NCBI GenBank assembly: GCA_012295275.1
Contig: CM022675.1
Span: forward strand, 9,052,001 to 9,116,000
Source of the DNA: Chrysomallon squamiferum
Lineage: Eukaryota > Animalia > Mollusca
DNA: 64,000 nt
Direction: 5' to 3'
The notes below the pieces were generated by a model, which worked only from the letters and a program-made list of their open reading frames with translations, made no database searches and was not told the origin of the DNA. How positions within the stretch are numbered: position 1 is the first letter of the stretch; each line of letters opens with the position of its first letter. This document shows, piece by piece, positions 1 through 13,470 of the stretch. The position numbers and the translations under genes were made by a program.

Positions 1-190
1 ATTTAAATTATAAAAAAAAAATAAAAAAAATTGTTGGTTATAGAAATAATAGAAAAGGGAAAGTAAGAAAAATATATTAATATTTCCATCATTTCAGTAA
101 CAAAACAAAACAAATGAAATGAAATATTGCTAATTTTAAAAATAGAATGGTAGAATATATTAATGTGTGTGAGTGAGTGAGTGAGTGAGT

Positions 191-248
<58 letters not shown>

Positions 249-1231
249 TATAACCATCAACTTTTCCAGATCATAAGGAGGAAAAGCAAGGACAGATGTG
301 TCATTTGAAAGAAGAGATAATTACCCCCAGCTCTAAACAAGATAAGAAAGGAAAAAAAAAAAGAATAAATAAGACATCTTTATTACTCAATAAACCTGAA
401 AAAAAAAAAAAAAAAAACAGCAGCTAAAAGTACCACTAATGTAAACGGAAGGCAAAAGCAGATTACCATTATTTCCTTCAATAAAAAAAAAAAAAAAAAA
501 AAAAAAACCCCACCAACCAGTCTCTATACCACCACATCGACTGGTTCCCCAATCAGACAGGTAGTACAAGACATTAACCATCCTTCCAACTAAGCTAAAA
601 AACCAGTGCGAAATCCACAGGACTCCGGTTTTTTCCCCCCCACCGCCTGCCCGTTTATGAGACACAATTATGTTTATTGCCACTCACTTCGACTGCCATG
701 GCAACCAAGTATACCTACCAAGTACAGATTGTTTGCCAGCGATACAGAATTAAATACTTTTCAAAGCGAACATCTGATGATGAAGTCAAAAGCTAAGCAG
801 AGTCTGGTAAAGTTAAAAAAAAAAAATAATAAATAGTCTGTGATGTTTCTGGCTATCTGGAGGATCTTCCCTGCCCTGCCCCACCCCGCCCCACCCCTGG
901 TGCTCCATGCCTGGGGATTTATCAAAAAAAAAAAAAAAAAAACAACAACATTATATCCTTTCCTGTTCATGAGAGGTTCAAATAAAATGCATGAAATGTT
1001 ATAGGTCACATGATCTGTCTTCTTCAGTATATGTTGATATTTCTTACTGTTTATGAGAGGTACAAATCGAAGATTTGTAAGTATTATAGCTCACATGACC
1101 TGTCTGCTTTAGTGCGTCATTTACATTATTTACCATTCCAACCATTGCTGTATGGATAGACTGTTAAATGATGATATATATATATATATATGTGTGTATT
1201 CATTGTATTCATAAATTTATGCTACAATTAA

Positions 1232-1266
<35 letters not shown>

Positions 1267-1408
1267 ATAAAATATATATACGTGCAATATAAATATAAAT
1301 ATATGTACGTGCATTAATGAATGTGTACATGTGTAAGTGTGTGTGTCTATTCTGTTCTAAATTATTGTATTCTATTCTATTCTATCCTATCCTATTCTGT
1401 TCCATTCT

Positions 1409-1460
<52 letters not shown>

Positions 1461-1757
1461 GTGTAAGTGTCCAAAATACAAAAAACACATTTCATTAAAA
1501 TAATATAAACACATCACTCTACTTGATTACCCAGACAAACATTAATGGCTGAACTAGTAAGTAAGTAGCTAAGGAAAATTGATCCTTGTAGCTATGATAT
1601 ATCTACAGCTTCTCTATATTTAACTCCTTAACCAAAGCAGACCATGTAATGACAAAAATTTAAACTATGGAAGAAGCAGAAAATACATAGGAAAAATTAA
1701 AATGTGAAAAAACACACTAGAGGTTCTGATATGACAGGATTTAGGTAGTTGGAATGT

Positions 1758-2290
1758 GAAAATCATGACCAGTGCAGTGGTCACTATAGAAACTAGTAAG
1801 GTAAAAATCTTGACAGGTGTAGTGGTTACTACAGGTATAATAAAAAGTCAAAATCATATTTAGTATATATGTAAAATCAATAAATGTACTTGGAAAAGTC
1901 AAAATCTTGACCAATATAGTGGTCACTACAGATATTACAAAAGTCAAAATCTTGACCAGTATTGTGGTCACTACAGATATTACAAAAGTCAAAATCTTGA
2001 CCAGTATTGTGGTCATTACAAATATTACAAAAGTCAAAATCTTGACCAGTATTGTGGTCACTACAGATATTACAAAAGTCAAAATCTTGACCAGTATTGT
2101 GGTCACTACAGATATTACAAAAGTCATAATCTTGAAAAGTATAGTGTACATTATGCATCCTGGGAAAATCAAAATAATGATTAATATAGCAGTCACTGCA
2201 GGTACTAGGAAAGTCAAAATCTTGATAAAAATCTGTGGTTGTTATGGATACTGAGAAAGCCAAAACTGTGACCAGTATAATGTTCAGTAA
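1758..2290. repeat. 45-bp minisatellite (~11 units, 5 near-perfect)
   Basis: Unit aaagtcaaaatcttgaccagtattgtggtcactacagatattaca, which gives 15-aa repeats in three ORF-track frames. Confidence 0.9.
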
Positions 2291-2422
2291 AGGTATTTAA
2301 GAGGTTAAAGTATGCAAAATAATTCTAAAAAAATCTTATAAATATTTAATCTGCTTTATGAAGAAATTACAAAAATGATAAACTGACATTTATTGTTAAA
2401 AAAATCTAGAAAAATATAATCA

Positions 2423-2456
<34 letters not shown>

Positions 2457-2912
2457 CACATCATAATGCAAAACAGACATCATTAAAATAATATAACATG
2501 TCCAACATGCCTGTTTTGATGTTTTCCAAATTACCTGTGCATTTCTACACAACCAGTATCATATAACCAGAATATGAAGAGTAATTTGAAATTCAATATC
2601 ATTTTATATCACACAGCCTGAAATGTAATAACCACGTTATGACACACAGTATGCAGTCTTCATTAACAAACTGTTACTGAAGTTGAAATAAATAATTAAG
2701 TGAAAGACAAAATATTCTGAAGTAAATTTAAGCACTTCTGTTATAAAACTCTGTTTTAGTCATCTTTTGTTAGCAAACTTGTATACTGTATAAGATTGTG
2801 TTTGTCAAAACAAACAATAGTAGTTTTATGTACTTTGTGTGTGTTGTGTATGTATGTTGTTTGTGTGCCTGTCTTATGTCTGTTTTGTATATAAATCGGA
2901 TTGTCTATCTGT

Positions 2913-2947
<35 letters not shown>

Positions 2948-3035
2948 TATTTACAAGTGCATATATGTGTGTGTTTCTTATGTATGCATGGGTGTGTGTG
3001 TGTCTATATATCTATATATGTATCTGTCTATCTGT

Positions 3036-3088
<53 letters not shown>

Positions 3089-3686
3089 ATCTGTATATAA
3101 CTATATAATCTATATATATATATATGTTAACACATATATACATACATATACACACAAACACACTACACATATTTCTGCATGTATGTAAGATATTTGTATT
3201 TGTATTTGACAATATGAATATATTATAAAAGTGTACACACACACAAACCATCTGATCCTTTCATACAACCTTCCTTTTTGACAACTCGTACCACCGCCAT
3301 TCTCCGATAATAAAGAAACGAACAATGGTTTTCTTTCTTTCAACTCGTTCAGACAGAACAATTTATACCCATTAAATAAGGCCAGATGATGGGGAGAGAT
3401 ACAGCGAAACAAGCAGGCTTCTTGAATAGCATACTTGAGATTATTCTCAGGAAGAGACAGTGCTATTGTGAGGAAATGATGCAGAGATATGCACACAACA
3501 AGAGTGTAAACACATACACTCTCTCTCTCTCTCTCTCTCTCCCCCCTCTCTCTCTCTCTGGCTTTCTAAGTGGCTCTGCTTGCCTGGTACTGATACTTGT
3601 ACACAGCATTGTTTAACACAGGCAGTAAGTCCTGAATAAATTAGTTCTTCTCGGTGGAAACTTGTCTTGTCTTCTGCAACAGCCCC

Positions 3687-4050
3687 TAATGGAAAACAGG
3701 ATCCTGTGTATTCACAATTTGAATATCTCTTATATTTCTTAATGGAAATAGGATCCTGTGTATTCACAATTTAAATATCTCTTATATTTCTTAATAGAAA
3801 TATAGGATCCTATGTATTCACAATTGGAAAATTTCTTATATTCCTTAATGGAATATAGGATCCTCTACGTCCACAATTGGAAAATTTCTTATATTTCTTA
3901 ATGGAAAATAGGATCCTATATGTCCACAATTGGAAAATTTCGTATATTTCTTAATGGGAATAGGATCCTCCGTATTCACAAATAGTCGATTATATTATAT
4001 TCCTTAATAGGATCCTCTCTTCACAAAAGTCTCCTATATTTCCAAATGGG
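3687..4050. repeat. ~53-bp minisatellite with a BamHI site, decaying rightwards to ~5070
   Basis: Unit aatggaaataggatcctgtgtattcacaatttgaatatctcttatatttctt repeated ~6-7 times. Degenerate atccctaatggaaa echoes continue downstream. Confidence 0.85.
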
Positions 4051-4870
4051 CACCTCTTACTTCACAAATGATGTCGGTTATATTCCCTGATATTCCCTAC
4101 ATGTTCACAAATGTAAAGTGTCCTGTAATCCATAAAAACATCTTCTGTATAATCTCCGAAAGACATCCATTCTATTTCCAAATGGAAATTCTCCTTTAAT
4201 CCTTAATGGAAAAAATTCCCTAAATTTCCAAATGAAAAATGTCCTGCTACAGTTCTTAGTGGAAACAGATTCCCATAGACTCTAATGGAAATAGCATCAT
4301 CTATGTTCTCAAATTTAAATTAAAATGACCATAATGCATAAAGGAAAGGCTATCGCATAATCCCAAACAGAAATTAAATAACCTGTAATCCATAATAGAT
4401 ATGAGTTGTTCTGTTTCCCTAATTCGAAGAATCTCTGACAGAAAATGAGACTTCTGTGTTATCTAATGAAATGTATTCCAACAATATCTAATGAAAAATG
4501 AAATAATTGTATTCCTTAAACATATTCCTTAATGTAAACAAGCTGTTATATATTCCCAATGTAAAAAAAATAAAAATAAAAATAAAAATAAAAATTAAAA
4601 GACACAAAATCCACTGGAAAATAACAACAGAAAATTAATCCCTACATAAAAATCCCTAATGGAAAAATAAACTCTGAATAGAAAATAATTTTACAATCCC
4701 TGAAAGAAATTTCATAACTTTAATAAGTAGTGAAATTTAGGTCCCTTAGAATGTTAATGAAGAAACAGATAGATGGGTGAGAGAGAAATAGTAAAAAAAT
4801 AATAAAAATTAAAAAATTCTCTAAAAATAGAAACTGGAGATTTCAACAATCCCTGAAACAAAGTCTTCCA

Positions 4871-4909
<39 letters not shown>

Positions 4910-5388
4910 AAAAAATCATCTAATAATCCCTAACGAAAAATGGGAAAAACTCCCCTAAAAAATTCTCCCAACAGAAAAAAAAAAAAAAAACAGAGAAATC
5001 CGTAAAATTAACCAAAATGAAATGTAATCTATAATCATTCTAATCCCGAGAAATCCCAAAGGAAAACACAGTTTCCAAATGTCAGTAATGAAAATCACAA
5101 TCTGCAGAGTAAACAGAAGGGTCCCAGGCGATCTGCGATTATAATTCAGAAGCAGATTCTTCTCTGTGTAAAATAAGTTATTTCTGTTTGTCTTTCTACG
5201 AGCTTTCGTTTGGAGTGAAAATAACCACACAAAAAACAAAAATAAAATAATAAAAATAATTACATTTTGTATAGGTGAATAGAAATTAATTAACATCTCG
5301 ATTTTGTTACTGAAAGAAATACGAGTGATTATACTGTTACTAATATGATTAATATTGTTAGTAAGAAAAGCAACAACAGCAAATAGCA

Positions 5389-5425
<37 letters not shown>

Positions 5426-5486
5426 TAATAAATAATAAATATTATTAGTAAAGCCAAGGACAACAATAATAATTAAAATATATGTA

Positions 5487-5536
<50 letters not shown>

Positions 5537-6124
5537 TAATAATAAAAAATTATATTAGATAAGGCAAGAATAACAATAATTAAAATATATGTAGTAGTAG
5601 TAGTAGTATAATAATAATAATAATAAAATATATAGAATAATTTATAATGTAATGAATAATAATAATAATAATAATAATAAATATACATACATAAAAAAAT
5701 AAAAATATATACATACATGCATGCATACTAAAAACACACATTAAACTTAAACTACCATCTAAACTTGATAAAAACAAATATGTTTTAAAAAAAATATTTG
5801 ATGAAATAAATTAATACTGAATAAACATTGATAACAGACTGTGTGTGTGTGCATTCGAATTCAAAAATGTGTCCATGCACATGCATGTGTCGGTAGTGCA
5901 TGCATGTGTTATTAGCTGAGTGAGTATGTCTGGATGTGAATAAAAGTTCATGTGTGTGGGTGGGTGGGAGACTGAGTGGGTGGGTGGGTGACTGAGTGGG
6001 TGGGTGGGTGAGTGGGAGGAGATGCATGTACTTCATCAATAAAATGTTTGTTGGTATCTTATCGCACTCATCTACAATTTCATAACCCATTAACCCAGAT
6101 AATAAATTAGCACTATTTTTAAAT

Positions 6125-6171
<47 letters not shown>

Positions 6172-7269
6172 TTACACCTATTAAAAAAAAAAAAAAAAAA
6201 CATTATTTAAACTGCTGTTAATGACAGATGTGTGTTATGTTTTGTATCACATGAGCACCGCATGTTAAACTGACTTACGTTTTATTAGATTAACCTAGAT
6301 AAAAGATAATATGTTGTGGCTGTTGATGTTGTTGTTGTTGTTGTTTTTTTACATACATATTCTGTTATTTACATTTATTAACAAAGTTTGTTTCGTTGTG
6401 GGGGTTTTTTTTGGGTGGGGGTTGGGGGGTTGATTGTAAAAAAAAAGGAGAAAACTATGTCTGCCTCAGCAAATATGTATATTTTTTCTTTTTCTTTTAG
6501 CAGCAAGTAAGGTTTTTTTTTTTTTTAAAAACCACATAGACATTTCTGATAAATCAGTTGTGGAGTTTTGCCTGGAATGTGAGATAGCATATTTGATAAT
6601 CTAGACATTCGACATTAAACTGAACAAAAATCACAAGACAAACTCTGGAATGGGAAAACAGAAATTTTGATAAACCAACCAGTCAAGGTGTATTTGGCTG
6701 GACTGACAAATACGGGAATTTTTTTTATACACCAGCCATTGGGGCACTGGCTAGAACTGGAAAAAAAAAAGTACTCCAAAGGAGGACATAATCCCAAAAG
6801 CTGCAATGCCTGAAGTGCCTGCAAGCTGTCACAGTTCAAGTGACAGCTCAAACCACAGAACCACACTGATTTAACACTGAAGCAATCTGTTTATCTGAAT
6901 CACTCTGCACACTACAGTCCAGATAGATGTTAAATGTCACTCAGTGTTTGGTGTGCATTACATAACACTGAACTCATTTCATCCTTAGCACAAATTATTA
7001 TTATTATTATACAGTTTCCTTCAAGTGTTTACACATTCATTCTCCCTCACACACACACAAACACACACTCTCTCTCTCTCTCTCTCTCACACTCACACAC
7101 ACACATACACACACACATATACACACACACAAGCAAATACTCATGCATCAGTAAATAAAACAAGGTAATATGGGTCCATTCTGTAATTACAGCCTTTGGG
7201 CGTTTCATGTTTCTTAGAATAACTCAATTATTGAGTATTAAAATGTATTACACACTTCTTTCAGTGTTA

Positions 7270-8075
7270 GTCAGTTATTAGGTATTACTATGTATTACAT
7301 AGTTCAGTATTTATAAATTAAAACATACTGCACACTGTATCTGTGTATTAAAATGTTTTAAACACTGCACTTTATATTCTGTATTAACATTGTTAAGTAT
7401 TATTTGTATATATTAGATTGCATTATATTCTTTAATATTACACTGCATATAAATATAATATAATAATTATATCAAACTGCATTAGTATATATTAAATTGC
7501 ACTGTATTCTTTAATATTATTATAATTATAACACTGTACTATATATTTAACTGTATTGCAGGCTTTAATATTACACTGCATATAAATGTAATATAAAAAC
7601 ATTTCACTGCATTAGTACATACTAAATTGCATTATATTCTTTATTATAGTAATTATGATACTATATATTAAACCGTATTATACTGCATTTGTATATATTA
7701 AATTGCACTATATTCTTTACTATTATAATAATGATACTGTACTACACATTTAACTGTATTACATGCTTTAATATTACAGTGCATTTGTTTATATTAAACT
7801 GCATAATATTCTTTATTGTAATAATTATGATACTATATATTAAATTGTATTACACTCTTTAACATTACATTGCATTTCTATGTATTAAATTGCATCATAT
7901 TATTTAATATTATTATAATTATAATACTGTACTAGATATTAAACTGTATCATATTATTTAATATTACACTGCATTTGTATATATTAAGTAACATTATATT
8001 CTTTAATATTATACTGTATTTACATTATTATATTATCTAGTAAGCATATTAAATATTAATGCATATTACACTTTA
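7270..8075. repeat. Degenerate AT-rich tandem repeat
   Basis: Recurrent attaaattgcattatattctttaatattacactgcat motifs. Confidence 0.7.
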
Positions 8076-8249
8076 TAAATATAACCATTTGAATTTTTTT
8101 TTTATTCTTCTTCTTCTTTCATTTTTCTAAATTTAAAATTTTTCTATTTATTTTTTTTTAATTTTTGTTAAAAAGTGTTCAATACGGGTTTCCAGAAGAT
8201 TCCGTGTAGTAAGCTATTAACGCCAGACATCAATAACTATTACAAAATG

Positions 8250-8669
8250 CCTTGTTAAACAAAACAATCATTATTTCACTATTTCGTGACAGACCACCGG
8301 CGCGCTCCATTTGTTTACTTTTATCGCCTTGTTGTTTTCTTATTTATTTCTTTTTTTTTTTTTTTTTTTCATTCTTCTTCTTCTTCTCTCGTCTCTTTTT
8401 AATACCTCGCTCGCACAAAAAAAAAAAAAACAGATTTGCAGAAACACGGATTTCTTTTCTTTCCTCCCCGCCTAACGAAAAACAACAAACGCTGTGAACG
8501 TTTTTTTCTTTCTTATTCCACCGTGTGTTTTATAAGCGCGATTTGTAACTGAATATCCGCCTGGGAGAAACTATGGATTAATCTAAACGCTAATGAGATA
8601 TGGTTTTGACAGTTCTCTCTTTACAAGACAAAACAGCACTTTTTCCCTACACTGTGACCGCCATCTTAC

Positions 8670-8706
<37 letters not shown>

Positions 8707-9150
8707 TCGCAGTAGTAACACGCAACATCTGGCCGCCTGCTTTTTCCGCTCGCTTCTTTTCTTCAACCTCGCTTCCGCGTTAAACAGTACTACTCGCGCG
8801 TGATTTTTCAAAAAAATATAAAAAATAAAAATAAAACAACAGTATGTAAAACAAATAACTAATACTGCACAACAACTACAACACAGAGAGACAAGAGAGA
8901 GAAATTATCACTCACCGACAGATTCCTGAACGGACAAAACAAAGTGTCAGATTGTAATGCAACGCGTTTACTTCCTCGTTTGCGCTCATGACGGTATGAG
9001 CCAAGCAGTAGCAGCTACACGCCCACGCTTTTTCTGGCCACTGAGGCCCCGGCTGAATACAAATACGCGCGCGGTTACGTGCCCCTTGCTGCCACGAAAA
9101 AACCGCCAGAAGAAACCGGAGGTTATGTTTTAATTACCGTCGTATTACGG
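8250..9150 (-). promoter_or_regulatory. CpG-enriched promoter island with probable non-coding first exon (donor GTGAGT at ~8909-8914) of a minus-strand gene running out of the window
   Basis: Strong local CpG/CGCG enrichment, a YY1-like CCGCCATCTT at ~8658 and actcac (reverse donor) at ~8909. Confidence 0.4.
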
Positions 9151-9261
9151 TTATTTTGATTTCGCTAAGTGTACGGCATATAATATATTATTATTATTAT
9201 TATTATACGCTTATTTGTGAGATAAAAATAACTTAATTATACATGTGTATGTGTAGGTATT

Positions 9262-9306
<45 letters not shown>

Positions 9307-10330
9307 AATTATTATTTTAATATTAGCTATAATAATTATATCTATTTCACATAACAGTGACTCCTATTTTAGAATCTAATGGCAGTCCTGCCCGTCTATT
9401 TTTTACACTTTAAATAATAATAATAATAATAACAACAACAACAACAACAATAATAATACTAAATAATTAAAAAGAAGAATGATAATAATAATAACAACAA
9501 ATTAATAATTATAATAATAATAAAGATAAAAGAAAAGAAGAAGAAGAATGATGATGTGAATGTTGATGACTATGATGATGAAACGCTTTTCATCCTGGAA
9601 AAAAGATCTGCCATTGATTTCAAAGGACAATACTACACGTAGGATATTAATATTAATAATAATAACAACAACAACAACAACAACAACTTTAATAACAACA
9701 ACAACAAATGAAAGATATTTTAATAATATTATTTTTTTTTTTTTTTTTTAATTTAATAAATAAAAAATGTTTTCTTACCACGCGTCAAACTCATTAAAAA
9801 AAATAATAATAATAATAAAAATATTTTGTTTTGACTAATATGCTTCCAATTAAACCGCAACATCAAACAAACCGCAGAGGTGGGGGGAAAACATAAAACA
9901 AAAAACAGATCCGTATTCGCCAGACAGGTCAGAATCCAAAGGTTTTCTCAGAGGGTGGTGATGGTGGTATAGTAGTAGTAGTAGTGGTAGTAGTAGTTGT
10001 TGTTGTTATAATTATTGGTAGTAGTATTATTAGTATTATTATTGCTGTTTTTGTTGTTGTTGTTGGTGGTGGTGGTGATGGTGATGGTGATGGTGTCGTA
10101 GTTGTAGTAGTTGTTGTTGTTATTATTATTATTGTATTGTACTTTTTATTAGTATATTTTATATTTGTTGTTGTTGTTGATGATGATGATGTTAACCTAT
10201 AGTACCTATCATTTACCTTTTTTACTTCAAAGCATTTTCTAAAACTCTATTCACTTTAATAATTATATATTATTATCATGATGAAGGTTATTTATTATTA
10301 TTATAATCATCATCATCATCATCATCATCA

Positions 10331-10385
<55 letters not shown>

Positions 10386-11887
10386 CCTACAATGCTCTTT
10401 ATACAAAAAAAAAAAAAAAAATTACGATCCGCACTTTAAAAAATTCTTTTTATGTTATTCGTCTTTACGGGAGTTTTTTTTTTAATTATCACCATAATCA
10501 TCATCATCATTACTATCCTCTTCTCCGGGCCCGCGCTAGGCAACCGTACCCCCCTACCCACCCACCCACGGTGCCTTTTCTGAAACTGTTTCACATTATG
10601 AGATGTAATCTGACAGCGACTGCAAAGTCAACTGACAGAAAGCGCTCGATACACCAGCTACTAATCGTTACGTCACTGCACGCGCCAGGACTACAGTGTA
10701 ACATCTGGATTGCCTCCAAAACTTCCAACAGTACACTGATTTTAAGCGCCATCTACTGGAAACCTGTCCAATCGGTCAATTAGGCAGAGCAGCTTTTTTT
10801 TTTTTTCGGTGGTATTTAAAGGCTTTCGAGAGCGAGACCGTTCGTTTCAAAAGAAATAGAAAGGGAGAAGGTGGGGGGGGGGTAATAAAACAAAAATAAA
10901 AATAAAAAAATGTAATCGTGTATAACTAATAGACTTAACGATCATGTATTTCTTATTTTAATGATCTTTGTTGGGGTTGTTTTTTTTGTTGTGTGTGTGC
11001 ATGTGTCCGTGGAATTCAGGTCCGGAACCGTGGTGTTTTGAGAGCGGTCGGTTTTTTTTTTTTTTTTGAAAAGAGCAGACGCCAAGAATTAGGTTTATGT
11101 TTGTTGTTTCTGAGTATGTTTGCGTGCGTGCGTGTGTGTGGGTGTGTGTGTATATTCTGATTATCACTGATATATATTTATTTATTACTATTACTATTAC
11201 TATTATTATTATTATCATCATCATTACTATCATTATTATTATTATCATCATCATCATCATTACTATCACTATCATTATTATTATTATTATTATTATTACT
11301 GCTATTATTACTGCTATTATTTATTTTTAATTTATTTATTTATTTATTTATTTTGTATTTATTTATTTTATTTTTTATTTATTTAAATGTTTTATTTTCT
11401 GTAAAATAATGCTTTATATCCACGGTGATAAACCTAACGTACAATAATATAATTTCGTTATTCGCGATAATGGAGGCTATTTCTTCATAATTACTTTAAA
11501 ATGTCATTAATTCCTTTAAAGAAACAATATCTTATCGTTATTTTCCGACCGTAACTAGATGGAAGATTCTTTATATTATATTATTTTTAACAGTTTCGTT
11601 CAAGAAATACAGTCTGTGTATCAACATCTATCTGAAGACTGAAAGATATCACTATTTCGGTTGCTAAGAAAAAAAAATCCGATTTTCGGATAAGGTTGTG
11701 TTTATATTGTTAAGTCTTAAAATTACAGTACTAATAGACAACCTTAATAATAGACTTTTGTATTTGAAGTGAAGGCCAGTCTTTGCTGATTATAAAGCAT
11801 AGCAACTATATAAAAGGAAAATTAGGGAAGCTGCCGACTTCGTTTCTTGCACCACGGCCATTTTACTTTTATTTCTTACATCTGTTA

Positions 11888-11972
<85 letters not shown>

Positions 11973-12142
11973 TTCATTACTGCTGTTTTCGTTTTAAATA
12001 AATCAGAAATGAAGGAGGGGAGACAATCGCTACTCTCGTTGACAAATATTTTAGATTGTGAAATCTTTCTATTTTTTTCTTTATTATTATTATTTTTATT
12101 ATTATAGCTGTTGTTATTCCGTTTTGAATAAGCACGCCAAAA

Positions 12143-12167
12143 TGACGTCAACAATGAAATGACGTCA
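12143..12167. promoter_or_regulatory. Tandem pair of perfect CRE palindromes (TGACGTCA x2)
   Basis: TGACGTCA at 12143-12150 and 12160-12167, followed by GCCATGTT (YY1-like) and a plus-strand AG|GTATGG donor at 12234. Confidence 0.45.
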
Positions 12168-12439
12168 CACTCAGAGGGCAGCCATGTTCATTGTCATGTG
12201 TTTCTTCGCTCGCTTATTATTCTTATGTTCAAGGTATGGAAATGATACTTTTACCATATATTTCTTGTACAAGATTAAAAACATCCTTAATCGTAGGATC
12301 TTAATTTGCTGCAATAATTCCAATATTAATATTTAAATCACAGTAAAAAGAGAACACGAGTAGTCTTACTAACATACGGTGCTTATATCCATGGAATGTG
12401 TCTGTATGATCTCTTTGCTGTGTACAGTAGATAATAGTT

Positions 12440-13470
12440 ATGTGTCTCTGTGTTGGCTTTAACTGGTGTTTATATGTTTGTATAATGTCCGTATTTGTTT
12501 GTCTGACAATTTTCTTTATGTTTATGTGTTTATATAATTTTATTATATCTGTGTGTCTGTATGCTTGTTTTATGTTTATGTGTTTGCATAGTTTTGTTAT
12601 ATGTGTGTGTCTGTATGTTTGTTTTGTGTTTTACGTGTTTGTATAGTTTTGTTATGTGTTTGTGTCTGTATGTCTGTTTTATGTTTATGTGTTTGTATAA
12701 TTTTGTTATATATGTGTGTCTGTATGTTTGTTTTATGTTTTACGTTTTTCTATAGTTTTTTGTTATGTGTGTGTGTGTTTGTATATTTGTTTTGTGTTTG
12801 TGTGTTTGCATAGTTTTGTTATGTGTGTGTGTCTCTATGTTTGTTTTATGTTTATGTGTTTGTATTGTTTTCTTATGTGTGTGTGTCTGTTTGTTTTGTG
12901 TTTTTGTATTTGTTTATAGTTTTCTTATGTGTGTGTGTCTGTTTGTTTGTTTGTTTTATATTTATGTTTGTATAATTTTGTTATGTATGTGTGTCTGTAT
13001 CCTTGTTTTATGTTTTATATGTTTGCATAGTTTTGTTATGTGTGTGTGTCCGTATGTTTGGTTTATGTTTATGTGTTTGCATAGTTTTGTTATGTATGTT
13101 TGGTTTATGTTTATGTGTTTGCATAGTTTTGTTATGTATGTTTAGTTTATATTTATGTGTTTGCATAGTTTTGTTATGTATGTTTAGTTTATATTTATGT
13201 GTTTGCATAGTTTTGTTATGTATATGTGTCTGTATGTTTGTTTTATGTTTTACGTGTTTGCATAGTTTTGTTATGTGTGTGTGTCTGTATGCTTGTTTCA
13301 TGTTTATTTTGTCTGTATGTTTGTTTTATGTTTACGTGTTTGTATAATTTTGTGATTTCACTGTGTCTGTATGTTTATTTTATGTTTATGTGTTTGTATA
13401 ATTCTGTTATGTATGTGTCTGTGTGTTCATTTTATATTTATGTGTTTGTATAATTTTGTTATGTCTTTGT
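12440..13470. repeat. TG-rich minisatellite (~40-58 bp unit)
   Basis: Recurrent tttatgtgtttgcatagttttgttatgtgtgtgtgtctgtatgtttgttttatg. Confidence 0.85.
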
